From the NCBI GenBank assembly GCA_038087875.1, contig JAXLNO010004385.1, positions 62,001 through 126,000 on the forward strand: a stretch of 64,000 nucleotides of DNA, written 5' to 3'. How positions within the stretch are numbered: the first letter of the stretch is position 1; each line of letters starts with the position of its first letter. The position numbers were made by a program, and so were the translations under genes. This document shows positions 33,821 to 48,884 of this stretch, one piece after another. This stretch comes from Malacoraja senta. Lineage: Eukaryota. The notes under the pieces are model-generated. The model searched no databases and was not told the origin of the DNA. It was given only the letters and a program-made list of their open reading frames with translations.

Positions 33821-36800
33821 AGGTCGCCTATTTGATTGATTGATACTTTATTATCACATGTGACATGTCACAGTGAAATTCTTTGCTTTGCATAACATAC
33901 ACAAGGTATACATACACAAGTCACCATGTATAGGGTGTCGACACAGTTACAAAGTAATCATTACAGTCCCCAATGGTCCCTCTTTGTTCTCGGCAGCCCC
34001 TCCATGTTGGGTTCACCTGTGTTATCCGCGCCCCCTCCCCCCCCAACCCCGGGACCCTCTTTGTTATCTTTGTTCTCGGCAGTCCTCCCATGTTGGGTCC
34101 CTCTTTAAAATAGTTACGAAGAAGATTTATTTTCCAGGAGGTGTATGATTTGCCTGAACTTTCTATTCCAGCTGTGAAGACAAGGTGAATGAATATTTTC
34201 TAGGTTGAGATATAGAGAATTTTAGATCAGAAATGAATCAAAAATTGCAGGAATTATGCAGTAAACTGATCAAAATCAGATTGGACATAATGTTATTGAA
34301 TGATGCAGTCTGTTCAAGGGGGCTTACAGCTGATTACTAATCTTATTTTATATAAAACATAAAAATGTTCATCTCAGGAAGAGGCCCTTTGGCCCACAAT
34401 GTCTGTGGTGAACATGATGAGATGCTAAACTGATCCCATCCAACTGCAACATGATCCATATCCCTCTATTTCCTGCAGATCAGTTTGTCGATCTAAAAGC
34501 CTCTCAAACATCATATACATATCTTGCCAGAGATAGACACAAAAAGTTGGAGAAACTCACCGGGTCAGTCAGCATCTCTGGATACAAGGCATAGGTGACA
34601 TTTCGGGATGAGACCCTTGTTCAGACTCCAGAAATGCTGTTTGACCCGCTGAGTCACTCCAGCTTTTTGAGCCTATCTTCGGGTTAAACCTGCATCTGCA
34701 GTTCGTTCCTAGTTATTTTGCCACTTCTCTTTGTCACATACTGTAACCTGCATTCCTTGTTCACATACCTGATGGTGTAGTGGAGAAGTAATTGCCTTTG
34801 CATTTAATGCTTCACTCAGTGCTTCAAGTATTTGATGGGCCAGTCAACAAGGATCTTTGTTTTCAATACGAACCACGCTCTACACCACAGCTTAGATAAT
34901 ATTGCTTAGTTTAGTTGAGTGATACAGCATGGATGCAGAGCCTTCAGCTCATCGAGTTGATACCAACCATCCAACACACCAGTTCTGTTATCCCTCTTTC
35001 ACATCCTCTTTCCATACACTAGGGCAATTTTACAAAAGCCAACTCACCTACAAACCTGTACATCACTGAGATGTGCGAGGAAACCGGAGCACCGGGAGAA
35101 ATCCCACGTGGTCACAGGGAGAACATGCAAACTCCACATAGACAACATCCCAGTACCATGTCATGTGAATATTTATGGAACATGGTAACGTATGGGGGCT
35201 GTGTTTTGTTGACCTGACAGATCACTGGGAACAATACTCATTATCAAAGCTGTGGTGTAATAGCTGTGGAAGTGTTTTATGTGCAACAGACTGAGAATGT
35301 CATTGTATATCCACCAGTGTCATTTCTGAATTATGAGCATTTAATAAAATACTTTTGAATGAGTTTTACCAAGACGTTAGCATGCTACACTGACCTATAT
35401 ACTTGTTTTGTCATTGTTAATACTACAGACAGCTATTTACTCAATCATAAGTTCATAAGATCATAAGTGATAGGAACAGAATTAGGCCATTCGTCCCATC
35501 AATCATGGCTGATCTATCCTATCCTCCAAACCACATTTTCCTACCTTCTCCCCATAACCCCCGACACCCGTTCTATTCAAGAATCTATCTATCTCTGCCA
35601 TAAAAAAATATCCATTGACGGCCTCCACAGCCTTCTGTGGCAGAATTCCACAGATTCACCACCCTCTGAATAAAGAAATTCCTCCTCATCTCCTTCCTAA
35701 AGGAGTGTACTTTAATTGTGAGGCTTTGCCCTCTGGTGAGATGCTGACACTAGTGGAAACATCCTCTCAACATCCACTCTATCCAGGCCTTTCACTATCA
35801 GGTAAGTTTCAATGAGGTTTCCCTCATCCTTCTAAACTCCAGCGAGTAGAGGCCTAGTGCCGTCAAATGCTCATTTGAACAGAATAACAACAACTTTACT
35901 CTTCATATAACCAATTGTCAAAACTCACACCTCCACATTCAGGGACAGTCTCTTCCCAATTGTTATCAGGTAACTGAAACCATCCTACCAACAACCAGGG
36001 TGCAGTCTTGAACTACTGTCTCCTGCATTGGAGATCCTTGGACAATCTTTGATCGGACTTTACTGCCTTTATCTTGCACCAAACGTTATTGACGTTATTC
36101 CCTTTATCATATATCTGTACACTATGGATGGCTCGATTGTAATCATGTATTGTCTTTCCACTGACTGGTTAGCACATTTAGTTTAGTTTAGTTTAGAGAT
36201 ACAGGGCAGAAACAGGGTCCGCACCAATTCCCGCACACTAACACTATCCTACACACACTTGGAACAGGTTTACATTTATACCAACCCAATTAACCTACAT
36301 ACCCATAGTCAAGATCAAACCCGGCTGTGTGGCACATAAGGCAGCAACTCCAGTGTTGCATCACCATGTTGCCCTTATTGTTGTAGGATGTGCAGGGAAT
36401 GGAGGTATATTATGTGCCGGCAGATAGGAGTTGGTCTTGGCATCATGTTCAACACAGACATTGTGGGCCAAAGGGCCTGTTCCTGTGTTGTACTGATCTA
36501 TTGTGGTGATTGTGAAAAACACATAATAATTACTTGATTGCTGATATCTTAAGTGTATTTACTAGGTACATTAAATATTCAGACAAAACTAAATTCCATT
36601 CCCGAGTCATCTAATTCCCACACCCTAGTCAGCATGAAACATCAACTTTCTTGATGTACTGATATTTATTTTCTGTTAATATTTAACTGTGAGTTTAATG
36701 TTACACCAAATGATAATTGGCTTGTTTCCATCAGTGTTTGCAATCTGGATGACCCTGAATTTATTGCTTAGGTGTGAGATTCATCGCAAGGACTGAGATG

Positions 36801-37022
36801 AGGCAGAAACCTGACTGTTACAGACTTTTTGGAGGGGTTTGCAAGATTTTGACCCAACACCTCTGAAGGCAAGACAATATATTTACAAGCAGCCTCAACC
36901 GCACCTCAGACAGTGCCATCCAGGCACTCGTCACTGTCTGTGAAAAAACATGCCCTGCACATTTCCTTTAAACATTCATCTTAAAACTATGCCCTCTTGT
37001 ATTTAATGTTTCCATCCATGTT

Positions 37023-37345
37023 GAGTTTAGTTTATTTTAGTTTAGAGATACAGCGTGGAAACAGGCCCTTCGGCCCACCGAGTCCGCACCGACTAGTGAT
37101 CCCTGGGCATTAGCACTATCCTACACACACTCGGGACGATTTACACATACACCAAGCCAATTAATCTACATACCTGTACATCTTTGGAGTGTGGGAGGAA
37201 ACCGAAGATCTCGGAGAAAACCCATGCTGTCATGGAGAGAACGTACAAACTCCACACGTACAGCACCCGTGGTCGGGATCGAACCTGGGTCTCCCACGCT
37301 GCAAGCGCTGTAAAGCAGCAACTCTACCGCTGCGCTACAGTGACT
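37023..37345 (-). mobile_element. V-SINE (HE1-like), well conserved
   Basis: Full tail, V-domain and tRNA head. Confidence 0.82.
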
Positions 37346-38060
37346 GCCCCTGTTCTGACTATCTATCCTATCTATACCTCTCACAGTTTTATGTACTTCT
37401 ATCCGGTGTCCCATCAAACTCCGGCATTGTAGCGGAAGCAATCCATGTCTGTACATATGTTTCATGTAGCCAACACACCCTAGTTGAGGCATCATTCTTG
37501 TAAACCTCTGCACCCTTTCCAATGCCTCTACATCCTTTATGTAATGGGTCAACAAAAACTACACATAATACTCCAAATGTGGACTACCCAGCCCTATAAA
37601 ACTGTATTATGACTTCCTGTCTCTAGAAACCCAAGATTCAACCCCAAGATCTCTCTGTAGATTAATGCTGTTAAGGGTCTTGCCAATAACTGTATACTTT
37701 TCCTTTACATTCGACCACTCAAAGTGTAACATACTTGCTCAAAATGAACTCCATTTTCAATTTTCTGCCCATTTCTGTATCTGATGTATTTCCCATTGTA
37801 CACTTGGGCAGCCTTCTTCACTGTTCGTAACTCCATCAATGTTGGTGGCGCCTGCAAACTAACTAACCAACCCAACCACTGGGTGGCGCCAGCAATGGCT
37901 GTCTCGCCAACAGTCTGTCTGTCCCTTCCTTCTTTGTGTTTTAACAGTTTGTGTTAAATCAGGGGTTGGCAACCTACGGCCCAGATCCGGTCTGTAACTC
38001 GAAATCATCCGGCACGCAGGCGTAACACAAAACACACACAACACTTATCCGAGAGCAGTT

Positions 38061-38062
<2 letters not shown>

Positions 38063-38094
<32 letters not shown>
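38063..38094. repeat. (CA)16 microsatellite
   Basis: Direct reading. Confidence 0.98.
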
Positions 38095-38095
<1 letters not shown>

Positions 38096-38126
38096 CCAAT
38101 TCCATATCACAATACCTGTCGACTCA

Positions 38127-38395
38127 AGGGCCTGTCCCACTGTACGAGCTAATTCAAGAGTTCTCCCGAATTTCCCATGATTCGAACTCGGAGAATTACA
38201 GTAGTTTAAAAATCTTCACGAGTCTTCACGAGCTTACCGCGTTTCCTGAGTACATGCCGTTAGCATTACGAGCCACTAAGAGACGTCCCGAGCTCCGACG
38301 TACCCGCTACGTACATTCTACGTACTTACCACGAGTTTGGTTTTTTTTAAACTCGGGAGAGCTCTTGAATTACCTCGTACAGTGGGACAGGCCCT
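38127..38395. mobile_element. PIF/Harbinger-type MITE nested in the hAT
   Basis: Long TIR AGGGCCTGTCCCACTGTACGAG / CTCGTACAGTGGGACAGGCCCT; flanks TCA/TAA resemble a 3-bp TWA target. Confidence 0.75.
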
Positions 38396-41189
38396 TAAAT
38401 CTTTCTCCCCGTCCCTACCCTTCCACCCCCTCTTCCATCCTCCCGACCACCCGAAGTGAAAGCGCCCCCCCCCCCCCACCCCCACCTCGGTGCTGCGGCT
38501 TGTGTGAAACTGCAGCGGGATGAGAGCGACTTCGACAACGCTGTGCTGGAGCGGTTTCTTCGGGAGCCCAGCGGTGGACGGGCTGGAGGAAAACAAAGCA
38601 TCAGCGAGGTCGGTGAGCAATTCCGCTCCGGCCACAGTGTTGCACTTTAGTCGTATTTGTCCCGGGGGTAATTGTCTTTTTGTTACGATTTTTTAAAACT
38701 ATAATGAATTAATTATTAACTATGGTGACAGATGTGGCCCTCCATCCACTCACAGACATGGGTCCTGGCTCCTATGCAGAACAAGGATGCTGACCCATGT
38801 GTTAAATGTATGTTTTTAGTGTTCTTTAGCTTGTTTTACGTGGGGTGGGGTGTGGGGTTGGGGGAAACCTTTTCTAATATCTTACCTCGATGGAGATGCG
38901 ATTTTTTTCTGTATCGTATCTCGGTCCGCACTGCAGCCTAACATCCAGGAGTTGCCGTCCTTTGGTGGAGGCCGACTTTTGACAGCTCCACCACGGGAGC
39001 CTGCGGAGTTACCATCACGCAGCTCACAATCTCTTTGCCAGGGATCGACCTCGGAGCTCCAACTGTGGGTGCTTGCGGACTTAACATCACGGAGCTCGCG
39101 GTCTCTGGTCAGAGACCGACCTCGGGAGCTCCAAGCCGCAGGTGCTTTGACCACCCCAACACAGGAGCTTCTATCGCCCTGACACAGGTGCTTCAACTGC
39201 CCCGACCGCGGGAGAATAAAAAGAAAGAAGATTGGACTTTTTTGCCTTCCATCACAGTGAGTAATGTGGGAATCTGCCGTGGTGGATGTTTATGTTAACT
39301 TTTATGTCATTGTGTCTTGTTGCTTGTCTTGGGCCAGGGGTGGGATCCAGTACAGGCAACGCCAACAACTTTAATGACAATCAAAATAAGAATGCAAGGA
39401 AACAACAAGAGATCCAATCAGAACATAGACACAAAATGCTGGAGTAACTCGTCGGGACAGGCAGCATCTCTGAAGAGAAGGAATGGGTGACATTTTGGGT
39501 CGAGACCCTTCTTCAGGCTGATGTCAGGGGAATGGGAGGTCGATAGATAAGGAAGTGTATAGATAAGGACGTGTAAGATGTGAAAACAGGACAAAGGGAA
39601 TGGAGATCAAGGAAAATGTAGCAGCAAAGGAAAGAGATAAAGAAGGGAGACTCTCGGAAAAGATTGACAAGGGGGGAGGTCTGCTACATAGTGAGAAGCT
39701 GTGGTAAATATATCACCTTTATTTAACAGCAAGCTGCTTCGATAAACAAATAAGTAACAAGCCAACAGATGGTTACACTGATAAAGTTATACCAACAAGG
39801 GTGTTTGCAGGTTCAAGTGCAACATAAACTCTGGCCTTGAAGTATGATACTGTTTGGTTGGTTTCTGTGTGCGTACACAATGAGATTCTTTACAATGTAA
39901 ATCAGAATATGAAAAACGGAGAAAAAAGTAAAATATATAGATTCATTCTTGTAAAACCTTTCACAACATTTTAAAAACATTTAGAACCACTGAGTATTTC
40001 TTGAAATGTAAACACTATTGAATGAATAAACAGAGAACATTGAGCAGGATCACACAGGGATAAGCCCTAGCATCACAACGTCTGTGCTGGCTATGTTGCC
40101 TTTACAAACTAATCCCATCTTCCTGCACATTGTCTATCCAGACTGAAGAAGGGCATCGATCCAAAACATCACCCAGTCCTTCTCTCCTGAGATGCTGCCT
40201 TTCCCGCTGAGTTACTCAAGATTTTTGTGTCTACCTTTGGTTTAAACCGGCATCTGCTGTTCCTTTCCACACACCCCTTCATTTCCTCTCTGTTCACATG
40301 TCACGACCCAAGAGAGACAAGAGAAAGCTTCTTTAATGAAATGTCTAATTAAATGTTCCAACAACAGAACAATTACATTATTACATGCAGCAGCCTAACA
40401 GGCCCATAAACAGAGTATAAATAGATAAACAAGATAATAATAAAAATAAAAAATAAAAGAGCCACTGTGTGGCGCGACAGTCAAAATCAATTTATTAGTT
40501 AACATAAAACATAGAGCAGTACCACATACATGCCTGTTTAAATGCCTTTAAACATTGCTATCATATCTGTTTCCACTACTTCCTCTGACAGCATGCTCCA
40601 AGCACCCACCACTCTCTGTGTAAAAAATCATTTAAGATTTACTCCTCTCTACTCTGTGTCTCTCATAATTATATATACTTCCATCAGGTGTCCCCCACCC
40701 CCCTCATATTCCAACTCCACAAGAGCAAATGATCTAAGTTTGTCCAACCTGTCCTCACCGCTGACACTCTCAAACACTGCTTTCAATTTTCATTCAAAGG
40801 GAAATGTGATGAGCGACAGATGATCTGTGTTCTTCGGTGGTATCAACTGCAAGATAAATATCAATGAGGATTCTGGGATTAACCTGTATTCCTTAAATAA
40901 CGTTTTGGGATTATTTTTTAGAGGGCTGAAATATATATCAGTCCATTCAGCCCAGCGAATCCACACCAGTCATTGACCATCCGTTCACACCAGTTCAGAG
41001 TTATCACATTTATGCATCACATTTTGACTTCACGGAGGCCAATTAAGCAACAAGCCAGCATGTGGTGTACGAGGAAGCTGGACCACCTGGAGGTAGCCAG
41101 CGCAGTCACAGGGGGAAGGTGCAAACTCCACACGGACAGTACTTGAGGGCAGGATCAAGGCCAGGTCATAAGGAATGGGTGTAGAATTA

Positions 41190-41710
41190 GGCCATTCGGC
41201 CCATCTAGTTCACTCCACCATTCAATCATTACTGATCTATCTCTCCCTCCTCACCCCAATTCTCCTGCCTTCTCCCCATAACCTCGGACACTTGTACCAA
41301 TCAAGAATCTATCTATCTTCGACTTAAAAATATCCAGACGGCCTCCACAGCCTTCTGTGGCAACAAATTCCATGGATTTGCCACCCTCTGCCTTAAGAAA
41401 TTTCTCCTCATCTTCCTAAAAGAACGTCCTTTAAATCTGAGGCTATGGCCTCCAGTCCTAGACTCTCTCACTAGTGGATACATCCTCTCCACATCCACTC
41501 TATCCAAACCATTCACTATTCTGTAGGTTTTAATGAGGTCCCCCCTCATTCTTCTAAACTCCAGAGAGTACAGACCCAGTGCTAACAAATGTTCATGATA
41601 GGTTAATCTACTCATTTCTGGGATCACTGTTGTAAGCCTCCTCTGGACACTCTCCAGAGCCAGGACATCCTTTCTCAGATATAGTGCCCAAAATTGCTCA
41701 CAATATTCTC
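41190..41710 (-). mobile_element. CR1 3' fragment
   Basis: EYCEQFWALYLRKDVLALESVQRR...GDLIKTY in ORF 41313-41798. Confidence 0.82.
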
Positions 41711-43861
41711 TAGCACTGAGGGAGCAGCTCTGCCAGTTGTGCCATTGTGCCGGCCTGGTAGTATTTTGTTTTAACATGTGGTTGTAAAATTGCATCACAA
41801 ACTCTGCAGAACGTCCCGTATAGCACTAGATTCCACTGGTGTTTCTTTGGTGGGATATTGACCCGTGGCTCTCTGACTGAGAATGGAGATATGCTATGGC
41901 TGACACCGCATGAAAAAAATGTTTTGCACACAACTCACAGTTACTTCTTGCCTGGGTGGATGGAGCCCGCAGCGGGGGCTTGGGTCAGTGCCACAAAGGT
42001 GTCCGGAGAGGACCCGGCAGCGTTAATGAAAAGGCCAGTGTGGCGGTCGATGATGGCGCCGACCAATGGACGAGAACGGACTCGTGGAATTGAGGACGCC
42101 GCTGCTGAGGGAAGGAGCAAAGGAGGACCCGGCGTGGGGGACGGAGATTTGTAACTTTGTAAACGCCCTTTATGAGCAAATATTTCCATACCTTGTGTGT
42201 GCAAGCAAAGAATGTCACTGAGACTTGTCACATGTGACAATAAAGTATTCAATTCAATTCAATCAACAGCCACCTCTCATAATCTATTGATAACAGGCCT
42301 TTTGTTACAAGATGGCATTCTCTGGAAAGGCGTAGGTTATTTAAAAATGTTTTAATCAATTTCTCTGATACAAGTGCACTGACCTCTTGTTCTGCTTTAG
42401 CTGTAAGTAGACACACTCTCTACAATACCTTTCTCACATGACCGAACTTTGAGGATCAGTTTGCACATGGTATGTTTGAGAGCTATTTCCATTTACTGGG
42501 AGACATCACAGCCTAGCCTGAACTAGACTGCATGCTACTCTATAGTTAATGGTGAGAACAAGGCTTTTTGTCTGTCAGTCTGATATTGATTACAGTTGAA
42601 TTCAGGAAACCCAATACCAAACACAGCCTTTCACAAGGAAAAGCAAACAAATTGTGGCATTTACTTCAAGAAATACTCACACTCCCTATTGGACAATGTT
42701 AATGAATTCTGCTTTCAAACAATGAGTTCAAACCATGCTAAACAAGTCCAAGGAATTCTTAATGTAAACAAAGGAACTGCAGATGCTGGTTTAAGCTGAA
42801 GATAGACACAAAATGTTGTAGTAACTCAGAGGCACAGGCAGCAGCTCTGGATAGAAGGAATGGGTGATGTTTTGGGTTGAGATCCTTTGGGGAAAAAATC
42901 ATCCTGGCCTATGTGTAAATCGCATGTCAATGAGAATGGAGATGTTGACTGAAATGTGAGTCAGTGGGATTTGGATGGAAATGTGAATGCACAGAATTTA
43001 AAAGTAGTCTATTGGATCTGAACACATCTTGGTCTGAAGTAGGGTCTCGACCCACAATGTCACCCATTCCTTCTCTCCAGAGATGCTGCCTGTGAGTTAC
43101 TCCAGCATTTTGTGTCTCTCTCCCGTGTAAACTGGCATCTGCAGTTCCTTCCTACACATTTGGTATGTGAATCAGTATTGTGTGAATGGATAATTTTTTG
43201 AATGGGTATAAGCTTCAGAATGGTGTTGGTGGGGGCATTTTTGAATGGGGTATGTGATTCAGAATGGTGTGAATGGAGGAATTTTGGAACGGGGCATGTG
43301 ATTCAAAATGGTGTGAACAGATCAAATTTATCAATGACAGATACATTTATGCAATTAATCTATATTTATCATATCTAATTTTATAACATAAATATGAACC
43401 AAATTGAATTAATTACGTTCCACCCTGTTACTTGATCTTTTAGATAGTTGAGAAGGTATTGAAAGAGTGCCTTGTTCACTCAAGAACCCAGGCAATAGTG
43501 GACAGTTTATCAGCAAACACTTGGCCCAGTGCCCGAGGTGCTCCAGTCACTAAGTGATGGAAATGTATTTGTCATTCCACAAATCTCACATTGTGTAAGA
43601 GGTTGGGGTTGGAGTCTCAGCCCAACAGATCAGTCAGAAGAGGTACAGGAACAGAGGCAGGGTGAATGTGTGATTTGTAGACTATCAGATACAGAATATT
43701 ACAGGTCAGGAACTCACCCTTTGGCCCACAATGTATATGCCGAATGTAATGCCAAGATAAACTGACCTAGTCGAATGCAAACAGAAATTTTACATTCGAT
43801 GAACACTTTCACATCATACAACCCATCTCCAATGAAAATTATCTCCTTCCTTCCATGACTT

Positions 43862-45080
43862 TTAGTTATGGAGTCATAGAGTGATACAGTTTGGGAACAG
43901 GCCCTTCAGCCCAACTTGTCCACACTGGGCAACATGTCCCAGCTACACTAGTCCCACCTGCCTGCCTTTGGTCCATATCCCTCCAAACCTGTCATATCCA
44001 TGTACATGTCTAACTGTTTCTTAAACGAGGGGATTGTCCCAGCCTCAATTACCTCCTCTGGGAGCTTGTTCCATACACCCACCACACTTTGTGTGAAAAC
44101 GTTACCCTTCGGATTCCTATTAAATCTTATCCCATTGACCTTGAAACTATGTCATCTGGTCCTTGATTCCCCTACTCTGGGCAAAAGACTCTGTGCATCT
44201 ACCCGAACTATTCCTCTGATGGTATTGTATACCTCTTACAAGATCACCCCTCATCCTCCTGCGCTCCAAGGAATAGAGACCCAGCCTACTCAACCTCTCC
44301 CTATAACTCACACCCTCTAGTCCTGGCAACATCCTTGTAAATCTTTTCTGACCAGTTTCAAGCTTGACAATATCTTTCCTATAACATGGTGCCCAGAACT
44401 GAACACAATATTCTAAATGCGGTCTCACCAACATCTTATACAACTGCAACATGACCTCCCAACTTCTGTACTCATTATTCTGACTGATGAAGGCCAATGT
44501 GCCAAAAGCCTTTTTGACCACCTTATCTACCTATGACTCGACCTTTAAGGAACCTTGCACTTGTACTCCTAGATCCCTCTCCTCTCAACACTCCCCAGAG
44601 ACCGACCATTTACTGTGTTAGACGTCCCAAAAAGCAACACCTCACACTTCTCTGTATTCAATTCCATCAACCATTCCTCGGCCCACTGGCCAATCGATCC
44701 AGATCCTGCTGCAATCGTTCACAACCATTGTCTACCTGCAACCGTTCACAACCATCTTCACTATCTGCAAAACCACTCCCTTTTGTATCATCAGCAACCT
44801 TGCTAATCTTGCCCCGTATTATATCATCCAAATCAATTATGTAGATGACAAACAGTAACGGGCCCAGCACCGAACCCTGAGTCACACCACTAGTCACACG
44901 CCTCCAATCAGTGAAGCAACCTTCCACCATCACCCTCTGCTTCCTTCCATGGAGCCATTTGCTATCCATTCAGCTATCTCTCCTTGGATCTCATGTGATC
45001 AAATCTTCCAGAGCAGCCTACCATGCGGAGCCTTTTCGAATACCTTTCTGAAATCCATGTACACAACATCTACAGCTCTG
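43862..45080 (-). mobile_element. CR1 ORF2 3' fragment
   Basis: GVTQGSVLGPLLFVIYI, VADDTK and LVRPHLEYCVQFWAP, plus 3'UTR. Confidence 0.88.
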
Positions 45081-46959
45081 TAGAGCTTCCACAGCTTGAG
45101 TTGTGCAAAGTCATGGAGAACACATCTCCGGTCAGTCAGCTAATTTCCATTGTGTTCAGTGTGTTGGACTGAGGGAAAAAATGGGATTAAAGGATGAGGT
45201 TCTTTCTCCAGTTGCTGTGATACATTGTAAATGGATCGATTGTAATGTGTACGAAGGAACTGCAGATACTGGTTTAAACAGAAGATAGTCATAAAAAAGC
45301 TGGAGTAACTCAGCGGGGCAGGCAGCATCTCTGGAGAGAAGAATTGAAGAAAGTCTCAACCTGAAACGTCACCCATTCCTTCTCTCCAGAGATGCTGCCT
45401 GTCCTGCTGAGTTACTCCAGCTTTATGTGTCTATCTTCAGATCGATTACAATCATGTATTGACTTTCTGCTGACTGGTTAGCACACAACAAAAGCTTTTC
45501 ACTGTAAACAGCTTTCACTATTTCACAATAAACTAAACTGAACTGAGACTATTAATACTTCATACCTGTGCATAAACCTGGGCAAATGAATTTTAAAATA
45601 ATTCTTGTCTATAACCTGCTTATGTATTCAAGTGACAGTGGGTGCATTGATTCAATGGTTCAATGATACTTTATTGTCACATATACCTGGGTTCAGTGAA
45701 ATTACTTTTTGCCTACAGTTCTGTCAAACATTTACAATACACAAGGACAATCATACTTTAGTACAAGACTACAGGAAATATAGATTACATTGAGACAATA
45801 CACAATTTGTATTGATTTCCACTAACATTTTGCATAAATCAAAACTCCAAAGTTATAAACAATGTAGAGATTTAACTTGACCTGATAACCTATTGCTTTG
45901 GTGGCAGCACCGGTTTGGAGCTGCAGGGTTTAGCCCACAATGTTTGGTATTAGTGTAAAGTTCATAATATCAGGATTATTCTTGCATGGAACAGACACTG
46001 GTCCACAACCCCAACTTGAATCTGATTTCATGAATTAATTGGCCATTGTACACTTGGCCAGACATTCCTTATCAAGATTACCATAAGGGACAACCTGCCC
46101 TGCCAATGTTACCTCAAAGTGACTATGAGTGTGGTGAACATGGATTGACTTGGAAAGTTTCCTGAAAGATCAGCACACATTGAAATGATAACGCAATCAA
46201 CTGTTATTCGATGCACAGAGACTTTGCCCAGAGTAGGGGAATCGAGGACCAGAGGACATAGGTTCAAGGTGAAGGGGAAAAAGATTTAATAGGAATCCGA
46301 GGGTCAACATTTTCACACAAAGGCTGGTGGGTGTATGGAACAAGCTGCCAGAGGAGGTAGTTGAGGCTGGGACTATCCTATCCTTTAAGAAACAGTTAGA
46401 CAATCGCAGGCAAGTGGGACCAGTGTAGCTGGGACATTGTTGGCCGGTGTGGGCGAGTTGGGCCGAAGGACCTGTTTCCAAACTGTATCACTCTATGACT
46501 CTATGATATTATTAATAAAATTAATTAACAACAATCAAGTAGATTGTTTGAAGCTGTTCCCATTCCTTATGCAGATCCAAGTAACCCAATCAAGGTAAAT
46601 CAATGTTAGGTGCCTGGAAGATGTGGAGTACTCAATAATCAAGATCTGGTACTTTAGTGACCTTCCTTCCATTATAAAGTCAAAAGTGATTGTCTGTTGT
46701 TGATTGCACAATGCTCAATTTCATTTCCTCATTTATTCACTGCACCACAAGCTTCAACCAGTGACAAAACACACTGCAGATACGTGTCATCTAGTCCATC
46801 AGAACATTCCAAACTCAACATCTCAAGCACAAGAACAACAAGGTCAGCAGATGTGTGGGAACCTGACCTGGGATCCATCCTGACTTAGAAATGAATCACC
46901 ATTTGTTCATAATTGAGTTTGGTTTAGAGATATGTCATGCCAGCAGTTCGAAATAAACA

Positions 46960-47470
46960 GGTCGGGGGAGGGTAGAAGGCTGGCACAGGGGGTCAAAGAG
47001 GATGTGGTTTGTAGGATAAGGAGGACTGTGTTTTCACCGGGAGGTGAGGACTCCTTCCCGTAGAAAAAGGCTTGGAGGCGGAGGCAACTGAAGAATATCT
47101 CTACATCATGGTGAGCCCTGAATTTGTTGAGGTGGGGGCGTAGGGATACAAAGATAAGGCCTCAGTTGAAGACTGACTGTTCTGTATCAGAAGGAAGTCG
47201 GGGGGGAAGGACCCCGGAGAGCTTTACTGTATATTGTCGGGGCCAGCAGCGTAGAGGCCCAAGGCCGGAAAAGGGGCTTGCAAACCATGTGTTGATGTCT
47301 TTGGCCGACTGGTGGCCGGTGAAGAGGCGAGGATCGGCGGAGTCAATGGGCCCACGAGTGGCTAGAGTACAGGTAAAGGTTGGCGGCAAACATGGCCTGG
47401 AAGCTTTGTGGGCCGATGGTGGCATGATCAACAGTGTCAGTAGGTCAGGCCTGGAAGCTCCATTAACCAT
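46960..47470 (-). mobile_element. Penelope-like element, N-terminal ORF fragment
   Basis: The minus strand reads LPSDTEQSVFN*GLIFVSLRPHLNKFRAHHDVEIFFSCLRLQAFFYGKESSPP, matching the PLE N-terminal pattern (LS.GL.F.P...FFRRLRL.AFF). Confidence 0.7.
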
Positions 47471-48884
47471 TCTTCAGCCCACTTGTCTCACTGATCACGA
47501 TCCAGCTGTAATTTTTGATAACTATGTTCACTGTTTATGATACCAACTAGGTCAATGTCATCTGCAAAGTTTCTAATCATGCCGCACATTTTCATCTAAG
47601 TTGCTTATATAAACCACAATCAGCAATGGGCCCAGCACTGATCCCTGAGGGACACCTTTAGTCACAGGCCTCCAGTGTGAAAAGCACTTCCACTATCACC
47701 CTATGCTTCCATGAATGTAATTCTTTGTTTAGGCAGCTAGTTCTCCCTGAATTCCATGAGCTCTAATCATCCAGAGCAGCCTACCATGCAGAAACTTATC
47801 AAAGGCCTTGCTAAAGACCATATGTACAATGTCTATGACCTTATCATCATCAACCTTCTTGGTTACTTTTTCCAAAAACTACCAGATTGGCGATGCATGA
47901 TCTCCCACGTACAAAACCACACTGACCAGCCCCTGTCTCTACAAATGCATATTTACCCTATCTCTCAGAATCCTGTCCAGTAACTTACCTACTGCAGATT
48001 GTAGGCCCACTGATTTATAGTTTCTAGGCTATGCCCTGTAGTCCTTCTAACAATGATTCATATCTCTCAGTCAGGGCACTTGCAATTTTTTCTCTAGCTC
48101 CCCACAGTGTCCTCTGATATATCTGATCAGGTCTGGGTGAATTATCTACTTTCATATGTCTTAGGATGTCCAGCACATCATCGGCCAAAACACGGACTGT
48201 CCTCCAGACATCTCCATTTCCTGTTGCAAGCTCCCTCATCTTCAAATCTTTCTCCACAGTAAAAACAGGGGAGAAATACTCATTGAAAATCTTGCTCATC
48301 TCATGCAGCTACTCACAGAGATGACAGCTTTTATTTTCTGAGTGGATTTATTCTTTATCAAGTTACCCTCATTCATTTAATATAGGAGCGAAGAAGACTG
48401 TAAAAACTTGTGAACACTGCCCAGTCCATCACGGGTTCTGACCTCCCCACCATCGAAGGAAGCTCAAAAAGGCAGCAAGGATCATCAGAGACCCACACCA
48501 CCCTGGCCACACACTTATTTCACCCCTGCCATAGGGTAGAAGGTACAGGAGCCTGAAAATTGTAACGTCAGGTTCAGCAATAACTTCTACCCTACAGCCT
48601 TTAGGCTATTAAACACTACAGCCTTAAACAAGCTCTTAACTACATAGACTATTATTGTTATTGTTGCACCATTATTGTTTGTTTTTTGTGTGTACATATG
48701 AGTGTGTGTGTGTGTGTATATATATATACGAATATGGTCTCTATATATGTGTATTTGTGAGTATGTGTATACATACACACCCAGATATTTTTATTTCATG
48801 TTTCTTATATTGTTTACAGTGTACTATGTTTACATATTCTGTTGTGCTGCTGCAAGTAAGAATGTCATTGTTCTATCTAGGACA

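Larger units (their letters stand above)
37960..38799. mobile_element. Non-autonomous hAT (Charlie-like termini) element
   Basis: Imperfect TIR CAGGGGTTGGCAACCT / AGGATGCTGACCCATG; 8-bp TSD TGTTAAAT at 37952-37959 and 38800-38807. It interrupts another dispersed repeat. Confidence 0.8.

Noticed and set aside
39811-39840. Possible terminal cytoplasmic exon (GTTCAAGTGCAACATAAACTCTGGCCTTGA)
   Set aside because: The acceptor has a poor pyrimidine tract. It reads plausibly in two phases, and there is no independent support.
46575-46594. 20-nt micro-exon candidate (AG|ATCCAAGTAACCCAATCAAG|GT)
   Set aside because: It is not frame-symmetric, no gene model needs it, and such matches are expected by chance.
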